64,000 nt of DNA from Deltaproteobacteria bacterium. Its GTDB lineage: Bacteria > Myxococcota > Kuafuiibacteriia > Kuafuiibacteriales > Kuafuiibacteriaceae. The position numbers and the translations under genes were made by a program. The notes below the pieces were generated by a model, which did no database searches, was not told the origin of the DNA, and saw nothing but the letters and a program-made list of their open reading frames with translations. The stretch covers positions 1 through 64,000 of the forward strand of contig JAVJQW010000058.1 in assembly GCA_040218735.1 (NCBI GenBank). The letters run 5' to 3'. Below are positions 46,981-58,110 of the stretch, piece after piece; positions within the stretch are counted from its first letter, which is position 1, and every line of letters begins with the position of its first letter.

Positions 46981-48003
46981 CTACAGCACGTCGAAGCCGG
47001 CGGTGAGGAGGAGCGTGTTCTGCACCTGCCACTGCTGAACGACCAACGGCTGACGGCGCGCGGTGACGACGTAGTCCAGCGATGCCCACTTCGCGAGTTT
47101 CACCGACAGGCCGGCCTCCAGCTCCGTGCTGAGCGCCTCGACGCCCGTGATGTCCGCGGTCGTGAAGAACGGCTGGAACAGCGTCGCCGAGGCCTTCCAG
47201 CTCAGCACGTCCGCGACGATGAGGCCGTTTGCGTCCAGCCCCAGCTCGGCGCCGAGCGAGAACGAGCTCTCCAGCATCTTCGTCTGCAACCGCAGCTCCT
47301 GGGTCGTGGCGTCCGTCGTCTCTTCGACGATCACCAGTCCGTCGCGCGCGATGATCTCCTGGGCACCGGCGCCGAGCCGCACCTTGATGGTGAGGTCCTT
47401 CGTGTCGCTCGGGTTGGCGAAGACACCGAGCGTCTGACGGAGCGCGACCGGCTCGAAGATCCCGGTGAGCCGCACGCGTTCCTGCGCCGCGAACTCGGTG
47501 CCGGCGATGACGTTGCCGTCCGCGTCGGTCTGCGCGCCGCCGACGACGCGCACGGCGTCACCCGGGAGGATCTGCGTCGACAACGTCGCGCGTCCGAACA
47601 GTCCGACCCAGCTCGGATCGAGGAAGCGGTAGCTGTACGTCGACTTCGCGTCGAGGAGATCGACCGACTTCACGAAGCTGTCGATCTGCGGCGTCTTCGT
47701 CTGCGCTTCCTGGATGTTCAGCTCGTTCTCGACGAGGTGCTGTCCGCTCCGATAGTCGAGCTTGCCGTTGAGCACGAGGCCGACCTGGAACGTCGCGCCC
47801 TCCTGCGCGCCGACGACCTGGTGCGAGTGGTTGAACGACGCGGACGCGCCGACCTTCAGCTTCGCGGACCAGCCGTCCTCTTCCTTGCGCTCCTCGAGCG
47901 CCTTCTTTTCCATCTCTTCGGTCGCGATCGGCTCCTGGGCGAAGCCGGCGACGGGGTACGTGACGAGGGTGGCGACGAGCGCCACGAGCTTCGAGTGCTT
48001 CAT
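46981..48003 (-). CDS. Putative outer-membrane beta-barrel protein (DUF3078-like), paralog 2
   Basis: Signal peptide ...AGFA/Q; shares AQTKTP and QVQNxLxLTAGFD with 10664..11713. Confidence 0.75.
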   Translation of the reverse strand: MKHSKLVALVATLVTYPVAGFAQEPIATEEMEKKALEERKEEDGWSAKLKVGASASFNHSHQVVGAQEGATFQVGLVLNGKLDYRSGQHLVENELNIQEAQTKTPQIDSFVKSVDLLDAKSTYSYRFLDPSWVGLFGRATLSTQILPGDAVRVVGGAQTDADGNVIAGTEFAAQERVRLTGIFEPVALRQTLGVFANPSDTKDLTIKVRLGAGAQEIIARDGLVIVEETTDATTQELRLQTKMLESSFSLGAELGLDANGLIVADVLSWKASATLFQPFFTTADITGVEALSTELEAGLSVKLAKWASLDYVVTARRQPLVVQQWQVQNTLLLTAGFDVL

Positions 48004-48029
48004 GAGTGGGTTCTCCGTACGAGGTGAAT

Positions 48030-48854
48030 TCAGCCGGCCTTCGGGAGCGTGACCGGCGCGTCGAAGTGGACGTCGAGCTGCGGGAACGGGATGCCGATGT
48101 TCGCCTGGTCCAGGCGCATCTTGATCTCGCGCGTCAGCTTCTCCTTGATGGCGAAATAGTCCGGCGTCGGGCACCAGACGCGCACGACCCAGTCGACGGA
48201 CGATGCGCCGAGGCTCGCGAGCACGACCTGCGACTCGGGGAGGTTGGCGTCCTGGAAGATGCTCGCGGCGGCGGTGAGCACCTCGCGGGTCACGTCGATC
48301 TCGGCGCTGTAGTCGACGCCGACGGAGACGTCCACCCGGCGGGTCGAGAAGTGGGTGACGTTCTCGATCGTCGACCCGAAGATCGCGCCGTTCGGCACGA
48401 CGATCAGGCGGTTGTCCGGCGTGATCATCTTGGTGACGAAGATCTCGATCTCGTCGACCTTGCCCGTCTGACCGGCCACGCTGACGACGTCGCCGACCTT
48501 GAACGGACGGAAGATCAACAGCATCGCGCCGGCCGCGAAGTTGGCGAGGCTGCCCTGGAGCGCGAGGCCGACGGCGAGGCCGGCGGCGCCGAGGACCGCG
48601 GCGAAGCTCGTGGTCTCCACACCGAACGCACCGAGGCAGGCGAGCACCGCGCCCACCAGGACCAGGTAGCGGGCCATGTTGCCGCCGAACTTGCCGAGGG
48701 TGGCGTCGATGTTCGCACGCTCGGTGGAGCGGAGGACGAGTCGTTTCACCCACCCGGCGACGAGCCACGCGACGAAGAGGAGGACGACCACGCCGACGAT
48801 GCGGACGGCGTAGGTGGTGATGAGGTTGATGGTGCTGGGGCTGAGCTCTGGCAT
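48030..48854 (-). CDS. mscS: Small-conductance mechanosensitive channel
   Basis: AVLGAAGLAVGLALQGSLANFAAG, RPFKVGD, VPNG, IPFPQ; RBS AAGGAG. Confidence 0.95.
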   Translation of the reverse strand: MPELSPSTINLITTYAVRIVGVVVLLFVAWLVAGWVKRLVLRSTERANIDATLGKFGGNMARYLVLVGAVLACLGAFGVETTSFAAVLGAAGLAVGLALQGSLANFAAGAMLLIFRPFKVGDVVSVAGQTGKVDEIEIFVTKMITPDNRLIVVPNGAIFGSTIENVTHFSTRRVDVSVGVDYSAEIDVTREVLTAAASIFQDANLPESQVVLASLGASSVDWVVRVWCPTPDYFAIKEKLTREIKMRLDQANIGIPFPQLDVHFDAPVTLPKAG

Positions 48855-48885
48855 GATTGGGGTCTCCTTGGTTGCGCGGCCGCTG

Positions 48886-48901
48886 TGCAGTGGCCGTGCC
48901 A
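48886..48901 (-). promoter_or_regulatory. sigma54 promoter TGGCACG-GCCA-CTGCA for mscS
   Basis: GG-N10-GC with near-consensus flanks, about 30 bp before mscS, divergent from a sigma54 activator. Confidence 0.8.
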
Positions 48902-49011
48902 GGTGACGCCGATGCGCTGAAGCGTCGCCGAACTGTGCCAACGTGTTTCGCGTGGTACGTTCCGGGCCACTCCGTGAGAGACACGCTGCGACAGCCCGGA
49001 ACCGTCAGGTC

Positions 49012-50382
<1,371 letters not shown>

Positions 50383-50383
50383 G

Positions 50384-51565
50384 TCAGCTCGACAGTTTGG
50401 GCACGACGAACGCGGCCCAGCTGAGCAACGCCGCGAGGAACAGCGCCGCGGCGACGCCCATCCAGAGGAAGTAGCGCGCCGGGTCGTACGCCATCAGGAG
50501 GCGGGGCACGATCGAGAGCACGACGAACCCCGCGATGGCGAAGGCGGCGTTCGGGCGTCCGGTGACGAGCGTCGAGAAGCCGCCGTGGCCCAGCGCGACC
50601 TGAGTGCTCACCGCGAGGGTCAGCAACGCGAGGCCGCCGATGAAGCTCAGGTGGAGGAACGCCTTGGCTTCTTCGTGGAAGACGGCGCCGAACGCGAAGC
50701 CCATCGGCAGGAGCCACGCGGCGACCCAGATGATGTGACGGACGAGCCCCGGGCGCGTGGGCGGGACGTGCACGCGCGCCGAAAGGACCAACGTCGCCAT
50801 GATGACCGCGGCGCGGAGCGCAAAGCCCGAGCGTAGCGACACCCATTGCTCGACCGCGAAGCTCCCGAGCAGGAGCAACACGCCGACGACGTGCAGCGCG
50901 CGCTCGCGCCGGTGCGCGGGGGAGCCGTCGGCGTCGGGCGGCGCTTCGCCGCGGGTCATGAGGGGTATGGCGAGGCCACCGACGCCGAGCACGAGCGCGA
51001 TGAACATCCCCTGGAGCACGAGGCTGCGGCCGAGCTCGTGCATCCACCAGTAGTCCCCGGCGAGCGCGGCGCCGAAGCCGGTGAGCACCGACCCGCCGAC
51101 ACCGAACACAAACGCGACGGGGATCCACACGAAGCTGTTCGGCGGGCGGCGGTTCGACGCGCGGCCACGGAGCCGGCGCAGCACGAAGCCGAGCACCGTG
51201 AACGCGAGGACGAGCCAGCAGAGCTGGGACCACATCCAAAGGCCGAACCAGGCGAACGCGGCGACCCCGATCGGCGCGAGCGCGCCGATCGTGATCGCAA
51301 CGACCGAGGGGGGAGGCGAGGCCGTGCGACGGGGGATCATCGTGAAGAGGAACCCGACGGCGAACGCCATGAGGAAGCCCTGGACCTGTGTCATCGCGTG
51401 GAAGATCGGACGGAAGTCATCCAGCACACCGACCGCGTGGAGCAGCCAGTGCCCGACCCCGGCGAACGCGAGCGCCGCGCCGATCGGGAACATCAGGCGG
51501 TAGGGCTCGCGCACGAGCAGCGGGATCGAATCGGTCGGAGCGCGCTCCAAGTCGGACGTCTGCAT
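50384..51565 (-). CDS. nnrS: NnrS family membrane protein
   Basis: EPYRLMFP, HAMTQVQGF...GFLFTMIP, LHL...GG...LGHGG; multiple TM helices. Confidence 0.8.
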   Translation of the reverse strand: MQTSDLERAPTDSIPLLVREPYRLMFPIGAALAFAGVGHWLLHAVGVLDDFRPIFHAMTQVQGFLMAFAVGFLFTMIPRRTASPPPSVVAITIGALAPIGVAAFAWFGLWMWSQLCWLVLAFTVLGFVLRRLRGRASNRRPPNSFVWIPVAFVFGVGGSVLTGFGAALAGDYWWMHELGRSLVLQGMFIALVLGVGGLAIPLMTRGEAPPDADGSPAHRRERALHVVGVLLLLGSFAVEQWVSLRSGFALRAAVIMATLVLSARVHVPPTRPGLVRHIIWVAAWLLPMGFAFGAVFHEEAKAFLHLSFIGGLALLTLAVSTQVALGHGGFSTLVTGRPNAAFAIAGFVVLSIVPRLLMAYDPARYFLWMGVAAALFLAALLSWAAFVVPKLSS

Positions 51566-51739
51566 TCAACACGTCGTGAAGGCAATCGCGAGGCCAGCGG
51601 CGAGCCCGGACGAAGTGCGGCGTCGTGTCACCGATTCGTGACGCGCACCGACGTACACCTTCGAAGCCTCCACGTCGGGCGCGCGCGTCGGGCAGCTCCG
51701 CGACGACACCGGCGCGTGACGACGTAACGTAGCGATGGG

Positions 51740-53539
51740 TCAGCGGACCATCGTCTTCAGGGTACGCAACCTGTCTTGCAGCTGCGCCGGGCTCATGTCG
51801 GCGTACTTCTTCGGGAGCATCGCGCGGCTCGACGACTCGAAGACGGCGAGCATCTCCATGTACTCGAGCATCGTCTCGTCGCGCGAGGGGAGGTAGTCGT
51901 CGATGGCCTTTGCGAGGTGGTGCGCGGTGACTTTTTCGCCGGCCTTCTCACCGAGGTGATACGCGGCGAGGACGATCGCCTCGAGGTCGGCGTTCGAGTA
52001 GCCGACCATGCGCTCGGAGACGCTGCGGTCGCGCGGGAACTCGATGTCGTGCGTGACGTGGTGGCGGCGGAGCTGCGCCATGAGGATCGGCTCGAGGTCC
52101 TCGGCTTCCTGCGCGTAGAAGAACGGGATCTTCTTGTCGAGGCGGCCGGCGCGTTTGATGTCGATGTCGAGTTTGTCGGGGCGGTTCGTCATGAGCACGA
52201 ACAGGACGCGGCCGCGGTTGGTCGTGTCGCTCATGAACTCCTTGATGCGCGCGATGACGCGGCTGGAGGTGCCGCCGTCGCCCTCGCCGCTCGAACCGAA
52301 CGCACGATCACCTTCGTCGATGATCACGAGGACGTTTCCGATCGCCTGCACGACGCCGAGGATCTTTTCGAGGTTCCCCTCCGTCGCGCCGACCCACTTG
52401 CTGCGGAAGTTCTTGAGCTTGATCGCCGTGAGGCCCGAGCTTCGTGCGAACGCTTCCGCGACGAACGTCTTGCCGGTGCCCATCGGGCCGGTGAAGAGCA
52501 GGCCCATCGGTGCGCGCTTGGTGTTGCCCTGGCGAATGTTGTGGGCGATCGCCATGAGCTCCTTCTTGATCTCGTCCATGCCGCCGACGGCGGAGAAGTC
52601 ATGGTCGGGCTGCACGAACTCGACGAGGCCGAAGCACTCCTTCTCGAGGATCTCGCGCTTGCGGCGCTCCAACAGGGCGAGGACCTCTTCGTAGCGGTTG
52701 TCGTCCGTCTCGTAGCGCGAGACGTCGTAGCCCTCCTTCTCGAGGTGCTGGCGGATCTGCTCGTGCGTCCAGCCGGACGACATGCGGGCGAGCTTCTTCG
52801 CGATCTTGCTGTCGTCGACGATGCCGCGGATGAAGTCGTAGCGGTCGGCGTAGTCCTCGTCGGAGTCTTCGCCGGGGACGAGGATGCCGCGGATCTGCAC
52901 GTTCTTCAGGCCGGCGGAGTGGCTCGCGATGCGCTCGACCTCGCGCGGCGTCGCCTCCGGCTCGAGGAGGCGGACGATCGCCTGCCGGTCGTCGGCGGTC
53001 GGGAGCGGGATCTGCACGGTGGAGATGCGCGGGTTGGAGACGATCTTCGGGGAGAGGTCGGAGAGCTGCTCGGTGACGAGGATGACGACGTTGTCGGCGT
53101 TCTCGAAGACGCGGTCGAGGCTCCAGCGGTGGAGCGTGACGACGGCGCGGCGGTCGGCTTCGGTGAGGAAGCTCGGGTCGCCGGCGGGGGCGATCGATTC
53201 GGCGTAGTCGAGGATGAGCGCGACGCCGTCGGTGGTGCGGAGCATCTTCTCGAGGCTGCCGAGGACCTTCTCGTTGTCGCGGACGCCGATGAGGTCTTCG
53301 AGGTTGTTGACGGTCTGTTCCTTCTTGCGGAACTGCACGCCGAGCGACGTGTTGTAGTGGCAGATGACGTCCTTCTTCGCGAGCAGGACGTTCACGAGGA
53401 ACTCGGGGAGTGCGACGAGCTCACCTTCGTGGAGGATGTGGTCGAAGACGTTGCCGTGCAGGATGAAGACGGCGGCTTCACCGCGCAGGTAGGTGGAGCG
53501 GATCTCTTCGGCCCAGCTGGGCAGTGCTCGCGAGGTCAT
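51740..53539 (-). CDS. AAA+ ATPase with degenerate N-terminal module
   Basis: [22 protein letters not shown]...RAGRLD. Confidence 0.9.
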   Translation of the reverse strand: MTSRALPSWAEEIRSTYLRGEAAVFILHGNVFDHILHEGELVALPEFLVNVLLAKKDVICHYNTSLGVQFRKKEQTVNNLEDLIGVRDNEKVLGSLEKMLRTTDGVALILDYAESIAPAGDPSFLTEADRRAVVTLHRWSLDRVFENADNVVILVTEQLSDLSPKIVSNPRISTVQIPLPTADDRQAIVRLLEPEATPREVERIASHSAGLKNVQIRGILVPGEDSDEDYADRYDFIRGIVDDSKIAKKLARMSSGWTHEQIRQHLEKEGYDVSRYETDDNRYEEVLALLERRKREILEKECFGLVEFVQPDHDFSAVGGMDEIKKELMAIAHNIRQGNTKRAPMGLLFTGPMGTGKTFVAEAFARSSGLTAIKLKNFRSKWVGATEGNLEKILGVVQAIGNVLVIIDEGDRAFGSSGEGDGGTSSRVIARIKEFMSDTTNRGRVLFVLMTNRPDKLDIDIKRAGRLDKKIPFFYAQEAEDLEPILMAQLRRHHVTHDIEFPRDRSVSERMVGYSNADLEAIVLAAYHLGEKAGEKVTAHHLAKAIDDYLPSRDETMLEYMEMLAVFESSSRAMLPKKYADMSPAQLQDRLRTLKTMVR

Positions 53540-53588
53540 GCGTAGCGGCTTAGTCGAATCGGGAGCGCTACGCCAGTGTCCCGGGGGC

Positions 53589-54461
53589 TCAGCCCCCGAG
53601 CTCGCTCTTCACGGCCGAGATGACGACCTCGGCGCGCCCCTCGAATCCGAGTGACTTCCTGAGGAGGGCGAAGACGACGACCTCAGAGACGTCGCGCTCG
53701 ACCGCCATCAGCTCGGAGTAGGGCGCGGCGAGCTCGTCGGGGAGGATGCCGACGTAGGCGCCGCGTCGGACGACTTCGAGCGCGGTGCCGAGGTCGGCGT
53801 GCATGCCGACGGTGCGGCGCACGTCGGCGGGCCAGCCGTCGCGGCGGATGCCGTCGGTCTCGTCGGGGGCGACGAAGCCGTGCTCGAGGATCTGCTCGCG
53901 CGTGGGACGGGTGCCGTGGAGCGGGTGGCCGGCGCCGACGTAGATCGAGCACGGCAGCGTCGTGAGCTTCTCGGTGGAGATCTCGTCGTGCGGGCGCGGG
54001 TCGATCGCGAGGGCGATGTCGACCTTGCCCTGGAGGAGCGCGGTGTTGTGCAGGTCGGACGGGGTCGCGGTGAGGTGCGGGAGGAGCTCGGGGTGCTGCG
54101 CTTGGAGGCGATGGAGCGCGGGGAGGACGTAGCGCGAGGTGAGCGGTTCGAAGCTCGCGATCTTCACGGGCCCGACGAACTGTTTGCCGCCCATCGCGCC
54201 GAGCGCCTCGTCGACGAGGCGCATCGAGTCGCGCACGGCGGAGAGGAGGCGCTGCCCGGTGGCGTTGAGCTCGATGCCGCGGCCGACGCGGTTGAAGAGC
54301 GGCTGCCCGACGTCCTCTTCGAGCAGACGAATGGTCCGCGAGAGCGCGGACGGGCTCACGTGCAGCTGCTTCGAGGCGGCGGGGAGGTGCTGCGTCTCGG
54401 CCACGGCGCGGAAGGCGGGGAGCCAGTTCCAGAGCGTGGTCAGGCGGCGGAGGCGGTCCAT
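53589..54461 (-). CDS. LysR-family transcriptional regulator
   Basis: AASKQLHVSPSALSRTIRLLEEDVGQPLFNR. Confidence 0.92.
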   Translation of the reverse strand: MDRLRRLTTLWNWLPAFRAVAETQHLPAASKQLHVSPSALSRTIRLLEEDVGQPLFNRVGRGIELNATGQRLLSAVRDSMRLVDEALGAMGGKQFVGPVKIASFEPLTSRYVLPALHRLQAQHPELLPHLTATPSDLHNTALLQGKVDIALAIDPRPHDEISTEKLTTLPCSIYVGAGHPLHGTRPTREQILEHGFVAPDETDGIRRDGWPADVRRTVGMHADLGTALEVVRRGAYVGILPDELAAPYSELMAVERDVSEVVVFALLRKSLGFEGRAEVVISAVKSELGG

Positions 54462-54573
54462 GGGAGGAGGGGGTAGCGGATCCGATCGACCATTGTAATC
54501 AGCAGGATGATCGACGCCGATCGTGCGGACCGTTCGAACGGACCGGTGGGTTGGTCGGGCGACGCGAACGGTA

Positions 54574-54602
54574 TTGCTTCGGTGGGCAGGGTTCGCTATA
54601 TC
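54574..54602 (+). promoter_or_regulatory. Candidate sigma70 promoter for the tRNA pair (TTGCTT-N17-TATATC)
   Basis: Canonical spacing; ends 16 bp before the first tRNA. Confidence 0.55.
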
Positions 54603-54618
54603 CCGTCGTCCACGCGTT

Positions 54619-54703
54619 GGAGCAGTGGCCGAGTGGTCGAAGGCAGCGGTTTTGAAAACCGCCGTACGGCGACGTACCGGGGGTTCGAATCCCTCCTGCT
54701 CCG
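54619..54703 (+). tRNA. tRNA-Ser(TGA)
   Basis: GGAGCAG/CTGCTCC acceptor stem, GCGGT-TTTGAAA-ACCGC anticodon arm, long variable arm, GTTCGAATC, G discriminator; CCA not encoded. Confidence 0.97.
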
Positions 54704-54741
54704 CTCCAAAGCTGGGTTCTTTGAGCTTCGAGATTTTGTCT

Positions 54742-54828
54742 GGAGAGGTGGCCGAGTGGCTTAAGGCGCTGGTTTGCTAAACCAGTGTACGGGAAACTGT
54801 ACCGCGGGTTCGAATCCCGCCTTCTCCG
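54742..54828 (+). tRNA. tRNA-Ser(GCT)
   Basis: GGAGAGG/CTTCTCC acceptor stem (one G-U), CTGGT-TTGCTAA-ACCAG, variable arm, GTTCGAATC; CCA not encoded. Confidence 0.97.
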
Positions 54829-55141
54829 CTTCCGCCCCGCCCCGCTTCCACTGCGTCAACACGATCGACGCAGTGGGGGCGGGGCTCTTCTTATCGAGCG
54901 GGACGACCTTCGCGCCAAGGCCGGTGTTCGGCGGCGGCGGGACGAGAGGCTCCTCGATCAGAGGGATCGGGTGGCGCTCCAAGAATTCGTCGAGCGCGCG
55001 GCGGACAAGCCTGGACCGGTTCGGCGATCCGTCCTCGTTCACGATCCCCAGCTTCATTGCGACCATGTCGACGCGCTCCTGAGAGACGCCGGTGCCAGAT
55101 TTCGAGATCCGCGTGGAGGCTACGACTGTGTCTCGCTTCAT
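54761..55141 (-). CDS. Ribbon-helix-helix (CopG-like) DNA-binding protein whose 3' end overlaps the antisense tRNA
   Basis: TVVASTRIS (beta strand)...ERVDMVAMKLG...NRSRLVRRALDEFLE. Confidence 0.7.
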   Translation of the reverse strand: MKRDTVVASTRISKSGTGVSQERVDMVAMKLGIVNEDGSPNRSRLVRRALDEFLERHPIPLIEEPLVPPPPNTGLGAKVVPLDKKSPAPTASIVLTQWKRGGAEAEKAGFEPAVQFPVHWFSKPAP

Positions 55142-55149
55142 GGTCTACA

Positions 55150-55169
55150 CGGTAAACCGAGGTATACCG
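55150..55169. promoter_or_regulatory. Palindromic operator CGGTAAACC-ga-GGTATACCG
   Basis: 9-2-9 dyad with 1 mismatch, between a minus-strand TTGACG (55179-55174) and the RHH start. Confidence 0.6.
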
Positions 55170-55265
55170 GGCACGTCAAGGGGTGCTGGCGAACTTTTCT
55201 CGTCGACCCGGCCGTGAGGTCAGGGGATGTTTCGCTGAGACGCATACGCCTACCCTGCGCCCCTG

Positions 55266-55547
55266 ATGAAGCGTTTACTGCCTCTGTTTCTCGTCTCGGC
55301 GTGCGCGATGCCGAATGCGCAGTCGAGAGTCGGCGCGGGCAACGCGAGCGTGGTGGCTGGTTCAGCTATGGCGGCTATGACCACATCCGCACTGGTCTAC
55401 TCGTTCTCTGAGTCGAGTGACCTCCCCGTTGCGCCGCTGCTCGTTGGGTACGGCCTGTCTTTTCTGTTCATCGTTGCTGGGACGGCCGTCGCGAATGTCG
55501 CTGCTTCGGACCTTGAACTCATTGAGACGAGCTCCACTGCCAACTAG
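55266..55547 (+). CDS. Small membrane lipoprotein-like protein
   Basis: MKRLLPLFLVSAC plus two hydrophobic segments. Confidence 0.55.
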   Translation: MKRLLPLFLVSACAMPNAQSRVGAGNASVVAGSAMAAMTTSALVYSFSESSDLPVAPLLVGYGLSFLFIVAGTAVANVAASDLELIETSSTAN

Positions 55548-55909
55548 CAGTCCGGATGCATCGATGATGCGTCGCACATCGCGATACAGGCGTCGTACTC
55601 GGAGACGCCCGGCCCAATCCCGCCCGGGGTGCCGGCGAGTCGCCGTCTGGCGATCGCGAGATCGATGCAATCTGCGATTGGCTCCCCCGGGTCGGCCTCG
55701 ATCGCTTCGATTCGGCACGCCCAAAAGCCGAGCTGGTTAGAGCACTCGATCTGCGCGCTCGAGCGGCACATCGTATCGCCCGCGTCGCACATCGCATCGA
55801 CGCACGCGGTGATCTCGGGCCCGAGCGCCTCGCACTCCTCGCGCGTCGGCGCGCCGTCACCGCAGGCGGCGAGGATCAGGAGGGCGAGGGGCGCGAGTCG
55901 GCGGAGCAT
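55544..55909 (-). CDS. Cys-rich small lipoprotein
   Basis: MLRRLAPLALLILAAC lipobox followed by ten further Cys. Confidence 0.7.
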   Translation of the reverse strand: MLRRLAPLALLILAACGDGAPTREECEALGPEITACVDAMCDAGDTMCRSSAQIECSNQLGFWACRIEAIEADPGEPIADCIDLAIARRRLAGTPGGIGPGVSEYDACIAMCDASSMHPDC

Positions 55910-56058
55910 GGCGCCGATCGTACGCGCGGATGCGCGGGGAGCAAGGCGGGCGCGGTCACCCTAGCGTCTGCCGGCGCGATGGTTCTACGAACCCCAAAAA
56001 GTCGTCGGGCACCGAGTGGTTTCAGATGGCGAGACGAATTAGCATGGGGCATACTTGG

Positions 56059-56739
56059 ATGCAGATGAAGTCACCGAGGACCGTCGACCTGGAGTCGACC
56101 GAAGATCTCCCCCTTGACCTCCGGCCCATCGGGCTCTCACCGATCCGCCAGGCCATCGAGGCGGGTGCCGCAGCGTACCACGAGGCGGACCCGTTCAGCA
56201 GCCGGGCGTTCAAGGGCGCCGCCGTCTACGACACAGTCCTCGCGACGCTCCGACGGAACGTGAGGACGCTCAGAATCGGCGAGGACTACTACGATGGCGA
56301 GGTCGAGGCCGTTGCGATCGACGACGGCAGCGTGGTGCTCGTACCGATGCTGTCAGAGATCGGCGCCGACGGGGCGCCTTGCCCAAAGCGACAGCTGGGG
56401 CGCGCGAAGGCGCGCTTGTTGCGTGGGGTTCAGCAGTTGCACTTGAGCGGAATGTCGCCGCCCGACGGCGCCCCAGTGCATCCCAACCCTACCGTGTACG
56501 TGCTGGCCTTCTGTCGACTCAAGACGCCGCGTTGCGATCCGGAGACCGGCGTGCTTCGCCGCACCGCTATGCGTTTCTGGATCTGCGACTGGTCCACCGA
56601 CGAGGACGGCTCCTTCATGAAGCGGGGCCGATCCCTCGAGGGGCACATGGTCGAACTCGTTACGTACGGCGACGTCGATGGCGATGACGACGGGTCCGGT
56701 CCCGATCCAGAACCGGATGTCCCCGTCAAGCTTCGATAA
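56059..56739 (+). CDS. Hypothetical protein, candidate RmrT-like toxin
   Basis: Directly upstream of the XRE-peptidase gene; acidic Pro-rich tail; start uncertain (56026-56065). Confidence 0.6.
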   Translation: MQMKSPRTVDLESTEDLPLDLRPIGLSPIRQAIEAGAAAYHEADPFSSRAFKGAAVYDTVLATLRRNVRTLRIGEDYYDGEVEAVAIDDGSVVLVPMLSEIGADGAPCPKRQLGRAKARLLRGVQQLHLSGMSPPDGAPVHPNPTVYVLAFCRLKTPRCDPETGVLRRTAMRFWICDWSTDEDGSFMKRGRSLEGHMVELVTYGDVDGDDDGSGPDPEPDVPVKLR

Positions 56740-56785
56740 GGCCTAATTCGTTTACAGCGAATCGCTGTCATGACAAGCTTTCCGG

Positions 56786-57880
56786 GTGCTGCCGGGCTCC
56801 CGACTGACGACCGCGCGACTTCGCCGCGGCCTCACGAAGTCGGACCTCGCACGCCTCGTCGGCGTCACCTCCCAGGCCATCGGGAAGTTCGAGGCAGACA
56901 AGACGAGTCCATCCGAGGACGTCGCGAAGAAGCTCTTCGAGACCCTACGCTTTGGTGCGCGCTTCTTCGAGGCGAGTCCCGTCGAGGTTGTACAGCCCGA
57001 CATGCTGAGCTTTCGGACGCTCTCCCAGACGAAGGCCGCGTCGCGGCGGGCCGCTTGCGGATCGGCGACCATCATCTCCGAGATCATCGCGCCGGCGATC
57101 GATGCCGTCTGTGAGCTCGCGCCGCTCGAGGTACCCGACCTGAGCGGCGAAGAGCCCGAGGTCGCGGCTGCGATCGTTCGGGAGGAGTGGGGCCTGGCCT
57201 ACAGGCCGATCCCGAATGTCCTGCGACTGCTCGAATCGAAAGGCGTGCGAGTCTACTCGGTCTCCGACGACCTCTCCGTCGTCGATGCCTTTTCGTTCTG
57301 GTGCAGGGGCACCCCGTTCGTCGTCATGCACACAACCAAGGCGACGACTGGTGAGCGCCCACGCTTCGATGGCGCCCACGAGCTCGCGCACCTGGTCTTG
57401 CATCGCCGCGAGAAGCCCGTCGGGCGCGAGGTCGAACAGGAAGCTGATCGCTTTGCGAGCGCTTTCCTCATGCCGCGCGACGCAGTGCTCGCGGAGGCGC
57501 CCCAGGTGGTGACGCTCGGAACGGTTCGGCACCTGAAGAAGAGGTGGGGCGTCTCCTATGCCGCGTACGTCCGGCGCTTGTCGGACCTCGGACTGATCAG
57601 CGCGCAGAAGTACCGGATGCTGTGCATCGACATGTCGCGTCGCGGGTATCGAAAGCAGGAGCCCGATGGGATCGGGCGCGAGTCTGCGATCACGTTCAAG
57701 AAGCTCTTCGCGGCGCTCGAAGGTCGCGGGGTGACGCTCGAGGCCTTCGCGAAGCGCATCGCCCTGGATCCCCAGGAGCTGTCGTCGCTGATGTTCAACT
57801 GCGCGCCGCGGGTCGTCGTAACGGAGCGCCCGCAGATGCCGACGAAGCCGACAGGGCGACTGCGGCTCGTTGAGGCGTAG
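56786..57880 (+). CDS. XRE HTH fused to ImmA/IrrE (peptidase M78) domain, RmrA-like
   Basis: RLTTARLRRGLTKSDLARLVGVTSQAIGKFE; DAFSFW; RFDGAHELAHLVLH; EQEADRFASAFLMP; WGVS. Confidence 0.92.
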   Translation: MLPGSRLTTARLRRGLTKSDLARLVGVTSQAIGKFEADKTSPSEDVAKKLFETLRFGARFFEASPVEVVQPDMLSFRTLSQTKAASRRAACGSATIISEIIAPAIDAVCELAPLEVPDLSGEEPEVAAAIVREEWGLAYRPIPNVLRLLESKGVRVYSVSDDLSVVDAFSFWCRGTPFVVMHTTKATTGERPRFDGAHELAHLVLHRREKPVGREVEQEADRFASAFLMPRDAVLAEAPQVVTLGTVRHLKKRWGVSYAAYVRRLSDLGLISAQKYRMLCIDMSRRGYRKQEPDGIGRESAITFKKLFAALEGRGVTLEAFAKRIALDPQELSSLMFNCAPRVVVTERPQMPTKPTGRLRLVEA

Positions 57881-57934
57881 CGCGCCTTCCAGGAAAAAGC
57901 GGGGCGACCCGCTACGCGAGCCGCCCCTGCCGGC

Positions 57935-58093
57935 CTACCGCGTCGCCCTCACGAGCGTCCACCGCACAGCCCGCCGGCAGCTGCCGCACGGTGGGAAGCG
58001 CTCCCCCCTGCTGAGCGCGATTTCGCTGCAGCAAGAGCAATTTGCACGGTAGATGCCCGAACGGGCGCAACTCTGACCAGTGGTGCCAGACAT
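57935..58093 (-). CDS. 52-aa zinc-ribbon / YjzC-like protein
   Basis: Strong RBS AAGGAGGT; TGQSCARSGIY...CSCC...GERFPPCGSC...W. Confidence 0.75.
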   Translation of the reverse strand: MSGTTGQSCARSGIYRANCSCCSEIALSRGERFPPCGSCRRAVRWTLVRATR

Positions 58094-58110
58094 GGCCCAC
58101 CTCCTTGGTA

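Noticed and set aside
48925-48940. Second TGGCAC site upstream of mscS as a sigma54 promoter
   Set aside because: GC is not at GG-N10 spacing; the 48886-48901 site fits properly.
51575-51590. CRP/FNR-like CGTGA-N6-TCGCG upstream of nnrS
   Set aside because: Weak match only about 10 bp from the start codon; plausible by chance.
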